From Eledone cirrhosa (lineage: Eukaryota): 64,000 bases of DNA. The notes under the pieces are model-generated. The model made no database searches. It was not told the DNA's origin and saw nothing but the letters and a program-made list of their open reading frames with translations. This document shows, piece after piece, positions 36,890 to 50,783 of this stretch; position 1 is the first letter of the stretch, and each line of letters starts with the position of its first letter. The DNA is taken from assembly GCA_964016885.1 (NCBI GenBank), contig OZ024740.1, positions 47,926,001 to 47,990,000 on the forward strand. Reading direction: 5' to 3'. Position numbers and translations under genes: made by a program.

Positions 36890-37905
36890 AAATACTTATC
36901 AAGAGAAAATATCCTTAGAATTTAATCAACAATAGTATCCAAAAAGCAAGTCAAATCAATATCCAAACATTCCAAGAAACAAAAACAAGAAAAAGATCAT
37001 ACCATACATTTCAACTTTCAATCCAAAGAAGACAGAGTTATACACACAAATACAACTAAACTTAACTATCTTACTAAAGGACAAGAAAATTAAAAAAACA
37101 TCTGACAAAAACACCCAATCATAAAAAGTAAACAACAACCAAAATCACTAAAAGAGATATTAACAAATGCAAAACTGAAAATTATTACTAAAGAACCAGA
37201 ATTAAAAAGGAGCAATTGACCTCACTGCAGAGTATGCAACTATCTGTTAAAGGGCAATGAATTTAATTTCAAAGACAGTCTCATCTTTAAAATTGAAAAT
37301 GACTTCTCTTGCAACTCTCATATACATTATAACATATTAAAGCTGCTTAGAAAATTATATTGGGCAAACAGGCATTTCATTACAAAGACAAATGACAGTT
37401 CACCATCAACAAATCAGGGACTCAAACACCATATCCCTCTAAACCAACATATAGAGGAATTTTGAAGGCGAATTCTGCCAAATTTCCCTGTCTTCTCATT
37501 CTACCAGTATAGTGAAAATTTCATACAGGAAAACGTATTAAGAAAAGATTTTTGTAAATAAATTCCTATCAACTTTAAAAAAATTTATTAAAGAAAAAGC
37601 CTGCATTGCATCTTTTGTAATGAACCATATTCTCCTCAATATAAGCGACAAAAATAAAACTAATTGCGTCCCTTCTGTTCATCAAGAACACAAGTGACCA
37701 ATTATATGAGATAAACATAAATGAAAAACCATTTTTTGAAAGACTGTAATGAAAATCGTTTTGGAAAGGATGTAAACACAGCTGAAACGAATAAAAGTAA
37801 ACAAAAACATAAATAATTATCAAATTACTTGACACATGAATACAAAAACTTTTTAAATAACCAAAAGGTCAGTCATTGCATTTTGAAACCCTATTATCCC
37901 AATAT
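36890..37905 (+). mobile_element. Decayed Penelope-like (Neptune-type) 3' fragment
   Basis: PHCRVCNYL; NDFSCNS; ENYIGQTGISLQRQMTVHHQQIRD (GIY-YIG). Confidence 0.7.
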
Positions 37906-37924
37906 ATATATATATATATATATA

Positions 37925-38640
37925 AAGCTTGCATGCTCCGCTGGATGTGTAATAGTAATATACGTGAACGGCAAAGCATAAACGAACTAAGGAAAAAATT
38001 AGAAATAAGAGGGATCAGATGTTGTTTACTCGAGAGAAGGCTACGTTGGTATGGTCACGTGATGCGCATGAAAGACGACAGCTGTATAAAAAAGTGCAGG
38101 GCAATAAAGATAGACGGTAGCCACGGAGTAGGCAGACCCAGAAAAACCTGGGACGACCTGATAAATTCCGACCTCACACACTTACACCTCTCCAAGACTG
38201 GACCGAGATCTTTGGCGGTACTTAGTAATAGAGAAGACCCGCCTTGCCTAAATAAAAAGTAAACCTACTACAGTCAGTAGGCATCTCTAACAAAATACGC
38301 CCCCGTCACACCACCCCCACCCCATCCACACCGCCCCTTTCAATGTAAAGTTACGTTGGTGCCACAACATCCAGGCCGAAACAAATGAGATCGTGTAGGT
38401 GTCACGACAAAAAAAACACACAGTCCACGCTGTAATGTGGCCGTGTAGGCAACACGGTAAAAACCTCCCAGTCCCACACTGTAAATGTGGTTGGTGTTAG
38501 GAAGGGCATCCAGCTGTAGAAAACCCGCCAGACAGTCCTATGCGAGCAAGACAACCACTCTTGCCTCAAGTGGGAAAACTCCCGTCCAAACCCATGCAAG
38601 CGTGGAACATGGACGTTAAATGATGATGATGATGATGATA
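37925..38640 (+). mobile_element. RTE LINE 3' fragment
   Basis: ACMLRWMCNS..RRLRWYGHV..GRPRKTW, 3'UTR and (GAT)n. Confidence 0.92.
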
Positions 38641-38710
38641 TATATATATATATGCTCACATGGAAAATGGAAGTTAAACAATGTGGATATATATATATAT
38701 ATATATATAT

Positions 38711-39800
38711 ATTCATAGGGATATATATATATATATATATATATATTTAGACAGTCATAGATACATATGAGTGTGGCTACTTTTCACGGTGTGGCTCAAT
38801 GAAAAAATTAAGCAAATAATTATTAATCAGAGCTATATAAAATTGTAAGTTTGAAGAACAGTCAGATAAAATATACCCAATTTTTCTTCTCCCTAGTCCG
38901 TAGAAATTAACTAGATAAATAATCATTTAAACGGAGCTAAGTTTAAAATATAACTTCGAAGAAATAACAGATAAATGATACAGACTATCCCCCACGAGAA
39001 ATAGTCAGATAAAATTTACCCAGTCTTTCTGCTTAGCTCGTAGAAATTAACTAGACAAATAATCAATTAAACGGAACTAAGTCTAAAATGTAAGTTTGCA
39101 GAAAAAATGCATATAAACTTTACCAAAATTCTTCCAGTCCCAACTATCAATACTTTCATTCGTACTTTGTGGATATGTCCAATCCTGGTATTATCCATGA
39201 GGTTTCGAGCTTATCAAGTTAGGACTAAAATTTCTACAATGAACGCTGGCAGAAATGAATTCAAAATGGGTAAGAATTATCACGTGGCCAGCAGTCAAAG
39301 TAGAAGGTTGTGAATGGCAGGTAGGTTGGCTGCTAGAAAGAACAGTTAGATACCACCTAAGGTTTACTCGACCAAACAGGAGTATAGAATACATTCATAG
39401 GGATATATATGTATGGTTAGAGCATTGGCTTTGCAATCGAAAGATTGTGAGTTCAATTCTCAGACCGGGTGATGTGTTGTTTCCTTGAGCAAGACACTTT
39501 ATTTCACATTGCTCCAGTTTACTCAGCTGTAGAAATGAGATGATAGGGACTGGGGTCCCTATCATACCACTGCAAAGTGGTCGTGGAGGTGCCATGGCAA
39601 AAAAGCACCCAGTACTCACTGTAAATGAGGTTGGTGTTAGGAAGGGCATCCAGCTGTAGAAATCAAGCCAGCATCAGTTCCCGTCCCACCCTTGCAAGCA
39701 GGGAAAAAGCAGACGTAAAATGAAATGATGAAATGATGATATTTAGACATAGTCACAGATACATATGAGTGTGGCTACCTTTCACGGTGTGGCTCAATAT
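38711..39800 (-). mobile_element. Family A HHR element, old copy 3, partially tandem, with a SINE insertion
   Basis: Homology to 14510-15120; 38711-38800 recurs at 39393-39410 + 39740-39800; degenerate HHR at ~39135-39225. Confidence 0.65.
39411..39740 (+). mobile_element. CORE-like/RTE-tail SINE
   Basis: Matches 36197-36532. Confidence 0.88.
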
Positions 39801-40289
39801 ATATATATATATATATCATCATCATCCTTGTTTAACGTCCACTTTCCACGCTAGCATGGGTTATATATATACATATACACACACAAACACACACACACAT
39901 TTAGTATGATTAAATAGTGAGTCTTGGTACTCTGGAGGAGTTTCACCTGCTTGCTCACAGGGTCATCAGATATATGGAGATATATATATATATATATATA
40001 TATTCAACACATTAACTTTATCAAATTGTGTTTTGAGAACCAATATATTTATCTACATATTTATCTATATATTTATCACTACCATCAAATTACTGTAAGT
40101 TGGCAACAACAAAGCTTCATGTCGACAAAGTAGATAGATGGTTTATTAAGGCAGTTTTTAAACCCAAGGTCATTATAAATAATCAAAGACTTTTAAGATG
40201 ATAGCTCAAGGAATAAAAGTGTAGATATGAATGCAAAAACATTCCATTCTACTATAATATTAGAGTAACCACTTACATATTAAGTCTAA

Positions 40290-40555
40290 GTCTGTCTCAA
40301 GCTCAGAGGCTCATCAGACCAGTGCCTATCCTGGTTTCCGTGGTGGAAAACGACAGAGTTCAAGACTTCCACTGGACAGGGCGCCAGTCCATCCCAGGGT
40401 TAAACCCCCAGCTATTACTGGTATTCATTTTTAGCTGAGTATACTAGAGAAACATGAAATGAAGTATTTTTCTTAACACAGCACACAACCCAGCCCAGGA
40501 ATCAAACTTACGACATTATGATCGTAAGTCCAACACTCTTATCACTAAGCCACTC
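40290..40555 (-). mobile_element. tRNA-derived SINE of another family (V-domain-like)
   Basis: Minus strand: gtggcttagtgataagagtg head, then taaccctgggatggactggcgccctgtccag. Confidence 0.6.
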
Positions 40556-40909
40556 AAATACATGATGATGAATTCCAGAGTTAACATGAGATAATATTAT
40601 TCATTAGCCTCTTCATACAATTGGTCACTGGTCACATTCCAAATCCATGTAAACATTTAATTAACTTTAACTTCAGTTATAACTTTTACTTCTTACATAG
40701 CTTTGACTTTAAGGTCTGCTGTATGCAAACCTTTTTCCATTATACATAGATCCATTTCCCATCATTCATTGTATTGATAAACCTACATTGAGTAAAAAAT
40801 ATTGTTACCATATTATCACAAAGAATAGGGTGCCTGCAATGTTTCTGGGAAAGATGAAAATACAATTTGTCCATTTTAAACATTTAAAAAAATTAATATT
40901 TAATCCCAG

Positions 40910-41110
40910 AAGGATGGTGGATTGGCAGAATTGGTAGAGTGTCAGATAAAATGCCATTGCAATATTTGTTCTGGGTTCAAATCCCACTGAGGTCAACTTT
41001 GCCTTTCATCCTTCTGGGGTGAGTAAAACAAAGCACTAGTCAAAAACTGGGGTTAATTTAATCAACTTTGACCGTCTTCCAAATTTGCTGGACTTGCGCC
41101 TTAATCGGAT
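40910..41110 (+). mobile_element. Nin-type SINE, diverged
   Basis: Family match. Confidence 0.75.
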
Positions 41111-43729
41111 ATCAGTATTTAGTCTTAAATGAATAACTTGCATTTTAACCTTGTATAAGGTGTCATATTCTTTATAAGAATGTATCAAAATTGTTTCTCA
41201 CTACATTTAGGTTTTGTGGTCATGATTGCCAATATAATGTAAAAAGGTAACGGTAATGTGCCTTTAACCCCTGATCGTGTCTTTAGGGTGCCGTCCTGAT
41301 ACAGTGTGTCTTGTGTATTTCAAATCTGGTGGAACCCACCCCTCTCCATGTTGTAACACAACTGATTGTTTCCATTGAGAGAGAGGGGTGGGTGGCAAAA
41401 TACCCCCCCCCCCTCCACAGTCTGGACTGGTACATTATTTATCAACCTCGAAAGGAATCACAAAGTAGACCTTGGCAGGATTTGAACTCATGACTGCCAC
41501 ACTATAATGTACAATGTGCAAATGTCCATTTAGGCATCTTTTCTGGTTATTTTTTTAAATATTTAGTCAAAGAAAGGTGGTATATAAACAGAATCATTAG
41601 AATGTCATGAATAAAATGTTATATTTATTTGTGATCCTTTACATTCTAAGTTCAAATTCTGTTGAGGTCAACTTTGCCTTTCATCATTCCAGATTTACTA
41701 TACTCATTTTTTTTTTTTTTTTTTTTTTTTAGGGATTAATGTTTAGTTCAAGGATAAAGAATATGTCTTCATGTGCTTTGTAGTTTCTCTCTCAGACAGA
41801 TGAGTCAATGTAGTTGATGTTCAACTTGAAGTTAGTGGAACTTATCCACTTCCATCCTAGAACAATCAAGGAATAATATAACAATAAACTACTTTTTGCT
41901 TGCTATATAGAATACTTGTATGAACAACTATGGCAATATCTCATATACATAATGGGAGGTACATTTGTGCTCTGCAGAAATTCAAACAATGTTGAAGCCT
42001 GAAATATTTTGGTAGCTCCAAAAAGAAAAAATAATGTTTGTGCTACAGTTTTGGCTGTTATAAATATGCAGTTAGAATAAGAAATCAGAAATAGGGAAGT
42101 GAAGCACTTGTAAAGATTCCATTCTACTATGACATCAGAGGAAACACCCAATCAGAGCTAAACTTACCACTACTCAAGGGGCTCTGAGATTTTATTATTC
42201 ATCATTTCATTACTATATTTCTAACAGCCTATGATTTTCAAATAATCAAGAATTTGGAGAGATTTAGTAATATTGCCAACTTTTGGAACTTAACTAGTGT
42301 TTGGAACATAATTTAATAAAGAATTATGATGGAAGGCCCTCTTAGATAAAACCAGGGACATTTTCAGATGGTTAGCTATCAAACTGGCTACTAGTCATTG
42401 TAAAGTCTATGGTATGAAATATGAGGTCATTGCAGGGCTTGTGAAGGCTAGGATTTAGCTGTTATAAATACTTTTGAACTTTTAAGTATAAATCCTTCAG
42501 TAAGTCTCTTGATATTAGTGTTTGTTATTTTTCATATGAATGGATGTGTAGAAATAATACAATTTATTGAATATTTAAGTACAGTTAATAGATGCTGGAT
42601 TGGATGGCTATTAGATGGAATTTTGTTCAGGATTAAACATTAGTCTGCCAATAATAATAGTTATTGGAATTATATTTTGCTGTTCAGTTTCAGTCTTTAA
42701 CAGAAGAGATTTAAGAGAAATTCAGGCCTAAATTTCTTGCAGTTTGAAACTAAAGATTGAACTTTTAATGTCCTATACCGCATAACACTGCATTAACAAG
42801 ACATTCTTGAAGAGTACAAAACAGCACTATGATTGCATAACATAAAAAAATTGAAGTCTTTATTTTAGTTGACTTTAAATTTTCCCAATGATCTGTCGAC
42901 TAGTAAAGATACCATAACCATTTGAATTAACAAAGCTTTTTTTTAGAGATTTTCTGCTAAATCATTACAGGATTTAAAAGATCAAATGACGATAGGGACT
43001 CTAATTTTTATAGATCTGTTATGATAGGAATAATATATACTAGCAAGTATAAAAACTATGCAGAAATTTAAGTGTACAAACAGTGCAACTAGCAGAATGT
43101 ATAAATAGTGTGGTGTCCTATCCTGGCAATGTAATAATGCACCTATATGATCAAGTACATTGACAGTCTGAATAGAGCACTGACGTAAGAGGAAGTGTAC
43201 TAGAAATATAGAAATATATCTACAAAGACTATGAGCTGTGGCAAAGTATATAAGATAAACACGGTTACATGGGGGACTTAATTACTACAAGCAGCGAAGC
43301 TAGTGACAGCAATGCAGTTGGGTTTCACAGTATTTGGAAAAACTCTAAAAAAATTAAATCTATGTTGATAACAAAAAAAAAATAATAATAAAGATTTTTT
43401 TTTTTTTTTAATTACATATGTTAGGTTGTTTGTTATTTGTTAATAAAGTTGTTCTGCAGTATTACACCACCATCTTCAAATGAGAGGAATACCTTCAGGA
43501 GTAATTTAGATATAAATTACATGCTGTAAATAGTTGCTTTTTGTCTTGGAATTAATAAAAAAAACAAAAAACTAAAAATAACTGCATGAACCAGTGTTGT
43601 TTGTTAGAATTAAACCTGAAGTTATGTGGCCTATAAAACTGAAAAATAATCAAATTAAAGCCAGACAATATCACCATCTTTTTACATCCAATTTTCCATG
43701 CAGATCGGGCGTTTAGCTGCTACTGACAT

Positions 43730-43900
43730 CATGCAACCTAGTACAACCTGCTTCATGGTCGGGTGGTCGGCAACTAAACTGGCCCCCTAGACTCTTATCT
43801 GCTTAGTAAGTGATACACCAGCAGCACAAAAAAATGAGCTGTATAAAGGGTGGATGAATTCATCAGTCAATGACCATCCACCTCAACAACTGATTAAATA
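43730..43900 (+). mobile_element. 5' fragment of the RTE-derived family seen at 7297-9030
   Basis: aacctagtacaacctgcttcatggtcgggtggtcggcaactaaactgg. Confidence 0.65.
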
Positions 43901-44039
43901 GCCTCCCTAACCTGCAATTGGCCAAGCTACACCCCTGAAGACATGACCAAAACCAAACCAAACCAAACCAATAGCGGTAGAGGTCAACCAGGAAGGGGTT
44001 CCTCCATCAATAGTGAGAAGGCCCTGGATTGGATTGGCA

Positions 44040-44240
44040 TGGGTTGGATGTGTCATTTTCAGCATAGTTTCCCTCCATCTGCTGCATTCCTTCATTATAA
44101 ACTCTAGGTTCAGCCTTTTGAGATCTGTTCTCACCCCTTCTGCCCAGGTTTTCTGTGGTTTTTCTCTACTGCAGCTTCCTTCCACTTGGAACTCCTGGCA
44201 CTTCTTCACCCAAAAATCATCATCCATACACATACTAGTG
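44040..44240 (-). mobile_element. Old RTE 3' fragment
   Basis: MDDDFWVKKC..VEGSCSREKPQKTW. Confidence 0.7.
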
Positions 44241-44294
44241 CAATGAAATAAAATATGAAATAAAAAGAGATAGTTAAGGATATGCATTTAAAAA

Positions 44295-44625
44295 TAAGGC
44301 ACCATCAGTCATTAATGACCATGGTTTTGCACCTAGAAAGTTTCCCTTCAAGGTACAAGACTGGGAAAGGTTTGTTTATGGATGATCAGCAGTCACCCAT
44401 GCATACTATCCTCCTCTCTCCATGCCACCAATGTTGTCCAAAGGAAAGGCAATGGCCGATACAGCTTGGCACCAGCGATGTCACAACTCATTTCTACAGC
44501 TGAGTAGACTGGAGCAACATGAAATAAAGTGTCTTGCTCAAGGACACAGCACATCACCCAGTCTGAGAATCAAACTCGCAACCTTTCTATTGCAAGCTCT
44601 AACCACTAAGCCATGTGCTTTCACA
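44295..44625 (-). mobile_element. CORE-like SINE with a different 3' module
   Basis: Same head and core as 36197-36532; unrelated tail. Confidence 0.7.
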
Positions 44626-44932
44626 CACACATATAAACACAAAAACACAGTGTTGTAGTTTGCTTGAAGCATTGTGGAATAGGGAATACAAATTTAAATA
44701 AGTTTAAAAGCCTTTACAATGCATAGAAGATTGAAGATGCCAAGATAACAATAGAATTTTACCGTGGCAAATTTATCTCAAATATTTTCGGGTTTAAAAA
44801 CCCACTATCAAGAGAGGAAGTGTGTGAAGGTCTTCAAAGACCAGTCAGTGATGAGGTAAAATTCTCTCGTTATCTTTGCACCCTTTAATCTTCTATACAT
44901 TGTAAAGGGTTTTAAACTTATTTAAATTTGTG

Positions 44933-47437
44933 AGGAACAGTGGGAAATCTTGAAAGTTAACCTGCTGAAGGCAACAGATGAAATCTGTGGTTGGAGCAGA
45001 CCTATAGGCAGGAGGAGAGTAACTTGGTGGTGGAACAGTAAGGTGGAGGAGTCAATCAAGGCCAAAAAGCAGGCTTGGAAAGTATGGCGGGATGGGGTAA
45101 GTAGAGAACACTATCAAGTGGCCAGGAGAGCAGCTAGGAGATATGTGTACTTTGCAAGAAAGGAAGCAAAGGAAAGAAAGTTCAAGCATGTTCTACAACA
45201 CGAGGACCAAAAACGTGAGGTGTTCAGGATTGCAAGACAATGTGTCAAGAAAAACCGTGATATTGTCGGGGAGAAGTGTGTCCGTAATGATGATGGTGTA
45301 CTTGCCATCACTGACGCTGATAAGAAGGTAGCTTGGAAGTGTCACTATGAGAGACTACTAAATGAGGAGAATAAATGGGAAAAAGATAGTCTGCCCCAAA
45401 TCGATCCAATAGAGGAACCAGCAGTTAAAGGTAGTATAATAAGTGAGGCAATCAAAGATATGAAGACAGGCAAGGCAGCTGGGCCTTCAGAAATAGTTGC
45501 TGGAATGGTGGGACACACTATGGTCACCCGGATAGTAAACCAAGTCGTACAGAATGGCGTCATACCAAATGACTGGCGTAGCAGCATCATCATTAACTGC
45601 TACAAGGGTAAAGGAGATGCCCTAGATAGGGGAAACTATAGAGGTATTAAATTAGTTGACCAGGTCATGAAGATCACAGAAAGAGTAATAGCGCAACTAA
45701 TCAGAGAACAAATTGATCTAGATGAAATGTAGTTTGGGTTTGTGTCAGGTAAAAGTACCACAGACGCCCTTTTCCTTGTACGACAACTACAAGAGAAGTA
45801 CCTAGCTAAAAGTAAACCCCTCTACGTAGCTTTTGTAGACCTGGAAAAAGCCTTTGACAGAGTCCCCCGCTCTATTATCTGGTGGGTTCTTAGAAAACTA
45901 GGTGTAGATGAATGGCTTGTGAGCTATACAAGCTATGTATAATGAAACAGTCAGTAAGGTTAGAATTAACAATGAATATTGTGAAGAATTTTGTGTAAAA
46001 GTTGGTGTTCACCAAGGCTCTATCCTTAGCCCCCTCCTATTTATTATTGCCCTTCAGGCTATAATAGAGGAGTTCAAGACCGGCCGCCCATGGGAACTTC
46101 TATACGCAGATGATCTAACTCTGATAGCTGAATCGATGGCTGAACTAGAGAAGAAATTCCAAACATGGAAGCATGGCCTAGAATCAAAAGGCCTTAAAGT
46201 TAACTTGTCTAAGACTAAAGTTCTAGTATGTAGAAAGGAAAATAGGACACAAGTACCCTCTGGGAAATGGCCAGGCTCAGGAAAGGAGTAGGCAAAAATT
46301 CCATTTTATGTCCCAAATGCAAACTATGGGTACATAAAAGATGTAGTGGGATCACAAGTAAGTTATCTAAGAACGTAGATTTATATGTGGCCGATGCTCA
46401 GGTGCAATAAGTAGCAAGCGCCCACAGGATACTAGCTCCTTCTATTGCCCAGATGGTTCTATAGAAATAGTGGACCCTTTCCGTTACCTGGGGGACAAAA
46501 TCAGCAGTGGTGGCGGGTGCTCTGAAAGTACAGTAGCTAGAGTCAGAACGGGATGGAAAACGTTTAGAGAGCTTATACCACTATTGGCCACTAAAGGTTT
46601 CTCTCTAAAAATGAAAAGCAGATTGTATGATGCCTGCATACAAACAGCAATGTTACATGGCAGTGAGACATGGGCATTGTGTGCAGAAGAACTGCGCAGA
46701 CTGGAGAAGAACGAAGCATGCATGCTCCATTGGATGTGTAATAGCAATATACGCGAACAGCAAAGCATAAATGAACTAAGTGAGAAATTAGGAATAAGAG
46801 AGATCAGATGGTGTTTACTTGAGAGAAGACTACGTTGGTATGGTCACGTGATGTGCATGAAAGATGACAGCTGTATAAAAAAGTGCAGGGCGATCAAAAT
46901 TGATGGAAGTTACGGAGTAGCTAGACCCAGAAAAACCTGGAACGATTTGATAAATTCCGACCTTACACACTTACACCTCTCTAAGACAATGTCACTGGAC
47001 AGAGATCTTTGGCGCTACGCAGTAATACAGAAGACCCGCCTTGCTTATGTACAAAGCGAAACCTACAGCCAGTAGGCACCTCTTAACCAAATATACACCC
47101 CCCACACTCCCACCAACACCACCCTTTCTCTCTAAAGTTATGTTGGTACCACAACATCGAGTCCAAAATAAATGAGGTCGTGTAGGTGTCACGACAAAAA
47201 AACACAGTCCATGCTGTAATGTGGCCGTATAGGTAACACAGTAAAAACCTCCCAGTCCACACTGTAAACATGGTTGGTGTTAGGAAGGGCATCCAACCGT
47301 AGAAAACCTGCCAGACAGTCCTATATGAGCGAGACATGGTCACCCAACCAATCTTGCCTCAAGTGGGACAATTCTCGTCTAAACCCATGCTAGCGTGGAA
47401 TATAGACGTTAAACGATGATGATGATGATGATGATGA
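44933..47437 (+). pseudogene. Second RTE LINE copy, 5'-truncated, with stops and frameshifts
   Basis: ORF pieces 44950-45732, 45742-45942, 45935-46291 and 46470-47075 are colinear with the 26477-28549 protein; (GAT)n tail. Confidence 0.95.
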
Positions 47438-49596
47438 TATGTGTGTGTGTCTACATTTTAAAATAAACAGCAGCATAAATAACTAGACAAGCTCCCCAAA
47501 CATTGTTCCAAGATGCAAAGCACACGACTAGGATGCTGAAGAACTGTAACTATCTTGCTTGACCTCATAACCTGCTTCCAGTGTGTTTACCATCAGAACT
47601 TATAAACATACAAGAAAGCTTCTACATGTTTTCTTGATCTGTGAGTGAGCGTGTTTGTGTCTTACATGATTGCCTGAGTAAATGTTATCTCTGTAGTACA
47701 AATGAGGTCATCTGGAATCTAATCTGGCCTACCATGTGATGAAGCCTTCATCTTTACACTCCACTCCCCACTTACAACACCCAGTCCATTGTTCCACTGC
47801 TTTAGAATGCTACTTCACCACATCACCATGAAAACCCAATTTCTTGCCCAATCATTGATGTTCAGCCATGTTAAACCAAGTTAGTAACTTAGATGAGTAA
47901 GTGTTTGTGAAATCTAGGTAACATGTCTTTTACAAATTAACGAGAATTCATGTGCTAAAAGTTGCAGTCAAATTGCCCTCAGGTCTAACCCTAGTACCTT
48001 AAAAAATGGAAAGGACACATCAGATAGTGTAGATCTAGGTACACTACATCTGATAGTGTACAAAAAAACAACAAAAACATTATGGTCATAGTTATGTCTT
48101 CGATCATAGATCTGCTTGATAAGGACTGAATTCTTCCTCGTCTTACTCCACTCATCTGTTTCCTCCTCTCACCCCTCCTCACCACCTCTCTCTCCCCTTA
48201 CCCCCTCTCTTTTCACTTTCAACTACACATCTCTTCCTTTACGTTTTGCTATACTTTTTGGGTATTTTGTAATTTCATTCATAAAACAAGATTGGATTGA
48301 AGAATTTAATTCTCTCCTTTATAATGTGGTTGAAAATGATGATGATGATGATGTAGAGGAAGAGGATATCTATAGAAGTTAAGTTACCTAAACATACAAC
48401 ATACACTCTCATATATACATACATATACATGCATCAATACATATTTTTTTTTTCATCTTTTCTGGAAAAAAGCCATTTGTTGATAAATTGACATCCACCA
48501 AAATATTTCCAGTATTTACAAAATTTCTTCATCTTACATCACTTCAGTATTCATATTTTTAGATGTTTATTTGTTTTTCTGGCCCTGCCCCATGCACCTA
48601 CACACCTCCCAACTTTGTGTGTTTGCTTCATTTTTTTTCTACTCCCACCCACAAGAAAACTAGAATACAACAACCTCCACCATCAAAGTGTGATGGTTAT
48701 CTCAAGGTATTTCTATACTACATCATCTTATTCTCAAAAATAACACAAAAAACTCTGAAGCTTCAATTGCACATAGCTTGTATTTGTTTCCTTTATTCCA
48801 GCTTTTTTGTCAAGTTCATTTTCTTTTTAGTGATGTATATCATGATCATTTTTATGTTGAATTTTCCATCCTAGCATGGGTTGAATGGGACTTTTTGAGG
48901 TAATGTTTTATAGGAGTAGTTGTAGTTGATTAGCTCTAAGTTATACTAATCCATTGGTATAACTTATACCAATCCATTGAAGTTGACATTGGCTAAGGGA
49001 AGAAGTGACCTGATCACAACAATCAAATTAACTACTGTGATCACTTATAGTATCTACTAGGAGCCAATGAAGGAGTTTCCACATGGTCTCTTGATCTGCT
49101 AGAAATAGCTGACAAATTTATTTCACTGTTTTGAAAATGGAAGGATACATTGGGCAGTGACATTCTAAAAATACAAAAAACATGATTATGGCTGAAATAG
49201 TTTTGATGATAGGTCTACTAAGTCAGAGCTAACTTGGAGTTAAACAACAGGAACAACTTAGAATCAAATAAAACCTCATGGGAGCTCCAATGAGGTTTCT
49301 CAACCTGCAAGAAATAGCAGCTAAAATTCGTATTCTGCTGTCTTAAAATTTGAATTGCATATTTGATAATTCAATCCTAGTGCAAAGAATTGAAGAAAAA
49401 AAAGATGACAGGATAGTCACAGCTGGAATAGTTTTGATTATTGGACCCAAGATCAAGAAGTGAATTATACCATTCACAGTGCAAAACGAATATAAAGTGC
49501 TGAATTTCCTACTGATTGTTGCTACTCTATCATTTTGTTCATCCACGTTGTACTTCAGCAAATGTTTTATGCACAATTAGGAGTTGCAACTATGTT

Positions 49597-49826
49597 TAAC
49601 CCTTTAGCATTTAAACCAGCCATATCCGGCCAGAATTTTCTTACCTCTTTCTGTTCAAACTGGTCGTAACTGGCCACTCATACTGACATTGAGGTATAGT
49701 TCTCAAAATAAATAATATCAAAATCTCATAGATTTGATATTATGTGAGATAATTATGTAAGATAAAATATTTGCCACAAAAAAACAATAGTATATATATA
49801 GAGTAATGTAAATGCTAAAGGGTTAA
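49597..49826. mobile_element. piggyBac-like MITE
   Basis: TTAA-ccctttagcattta ... taaatgctaaaggg-TTAA. Weaker relatives at ~51315-51557 and ~53716-54008. Confidence 0.8.
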
Positions 49827-50443
49827 GAAAATTAGCTGAGGTCACAGCATTATGGCTAGCTGAGTCAACAGCATAGTAATCCCTGTCAGTCAAGGGATGC
49901 AAATGCAGTCCTGACACTGCACCACATCTATGAGAAAGCCACTGAAATATCAATAGCTAAGTCTATACATTCATGCAGTGATATTTCAGACCTTCCAGCA
50001 CATTTCAGCATTTTCTTGTTGAGACAGTTTTTTTTTAATGGGTTTTTATCTTAGTAATCATTTGACTATGAAGAGAGAATGTTAAGTACTCTTTGATAAT
50101 CATCTGGATGACAAAACAAGTATTCATCTGGATGACAAAACAAGTATAGCCTAAAGAACATTTGATAAAGTATTTAATTAACTTCTAATAACAAAGTTTT
50201 TATTCCAGTATTTCAGTCACTAATTCAATAATTCAATAATTTGATATCTATTTCTGGTATTTCACTGAGCTATCTGGATTTATATCTGGCTGAATTAATA
50301 GAAAGTCAGCCAATTAGGTAAAGAACTGATGTTCATATACCACCACCAGTGCTGCATTGAATTTGAAAACATAGTTACTTAGTCTCATTAACTCAGTTTA
50401 TTTACATGTAAAAAGATTTAATATCAAGTCAGAAGAAGTAGGA

Positions 50444-50783
50444 CATCATCATCATCATCATCATCATTTTACGTCCACTTTTCCCTGCTTGCAAGGGTGG
50501 GACGGGAACTGATTCTGGATTGATTTCTACAGCTGGATACCCTTCCTAACACCAACCTCATTTACAGTGAGTGCTGGGTGGTTTTTGCCGTGACACCTCC
50601 ACGACCACTTTGCAGTGGAATGATATGGACCCAAGTCATCTCATTTCTACAGCTGAGTAAACTGGAGCATTGTGAAATAAAGTGTCTTGCTCAAGGAAAC
50701 AACACATCACCCGGTCTGAGAATTGAACTCACAACCTTTCGATTGCAAGGCCAATGCTCTAACCACTAAGCCATGTGCCTCCT
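50444..50783 (-). mobile_element. CORE-like/RTE-tail SINE
   Basis: Family match; candidate short TSD taggaca on both sides. Confidence 0.9.
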
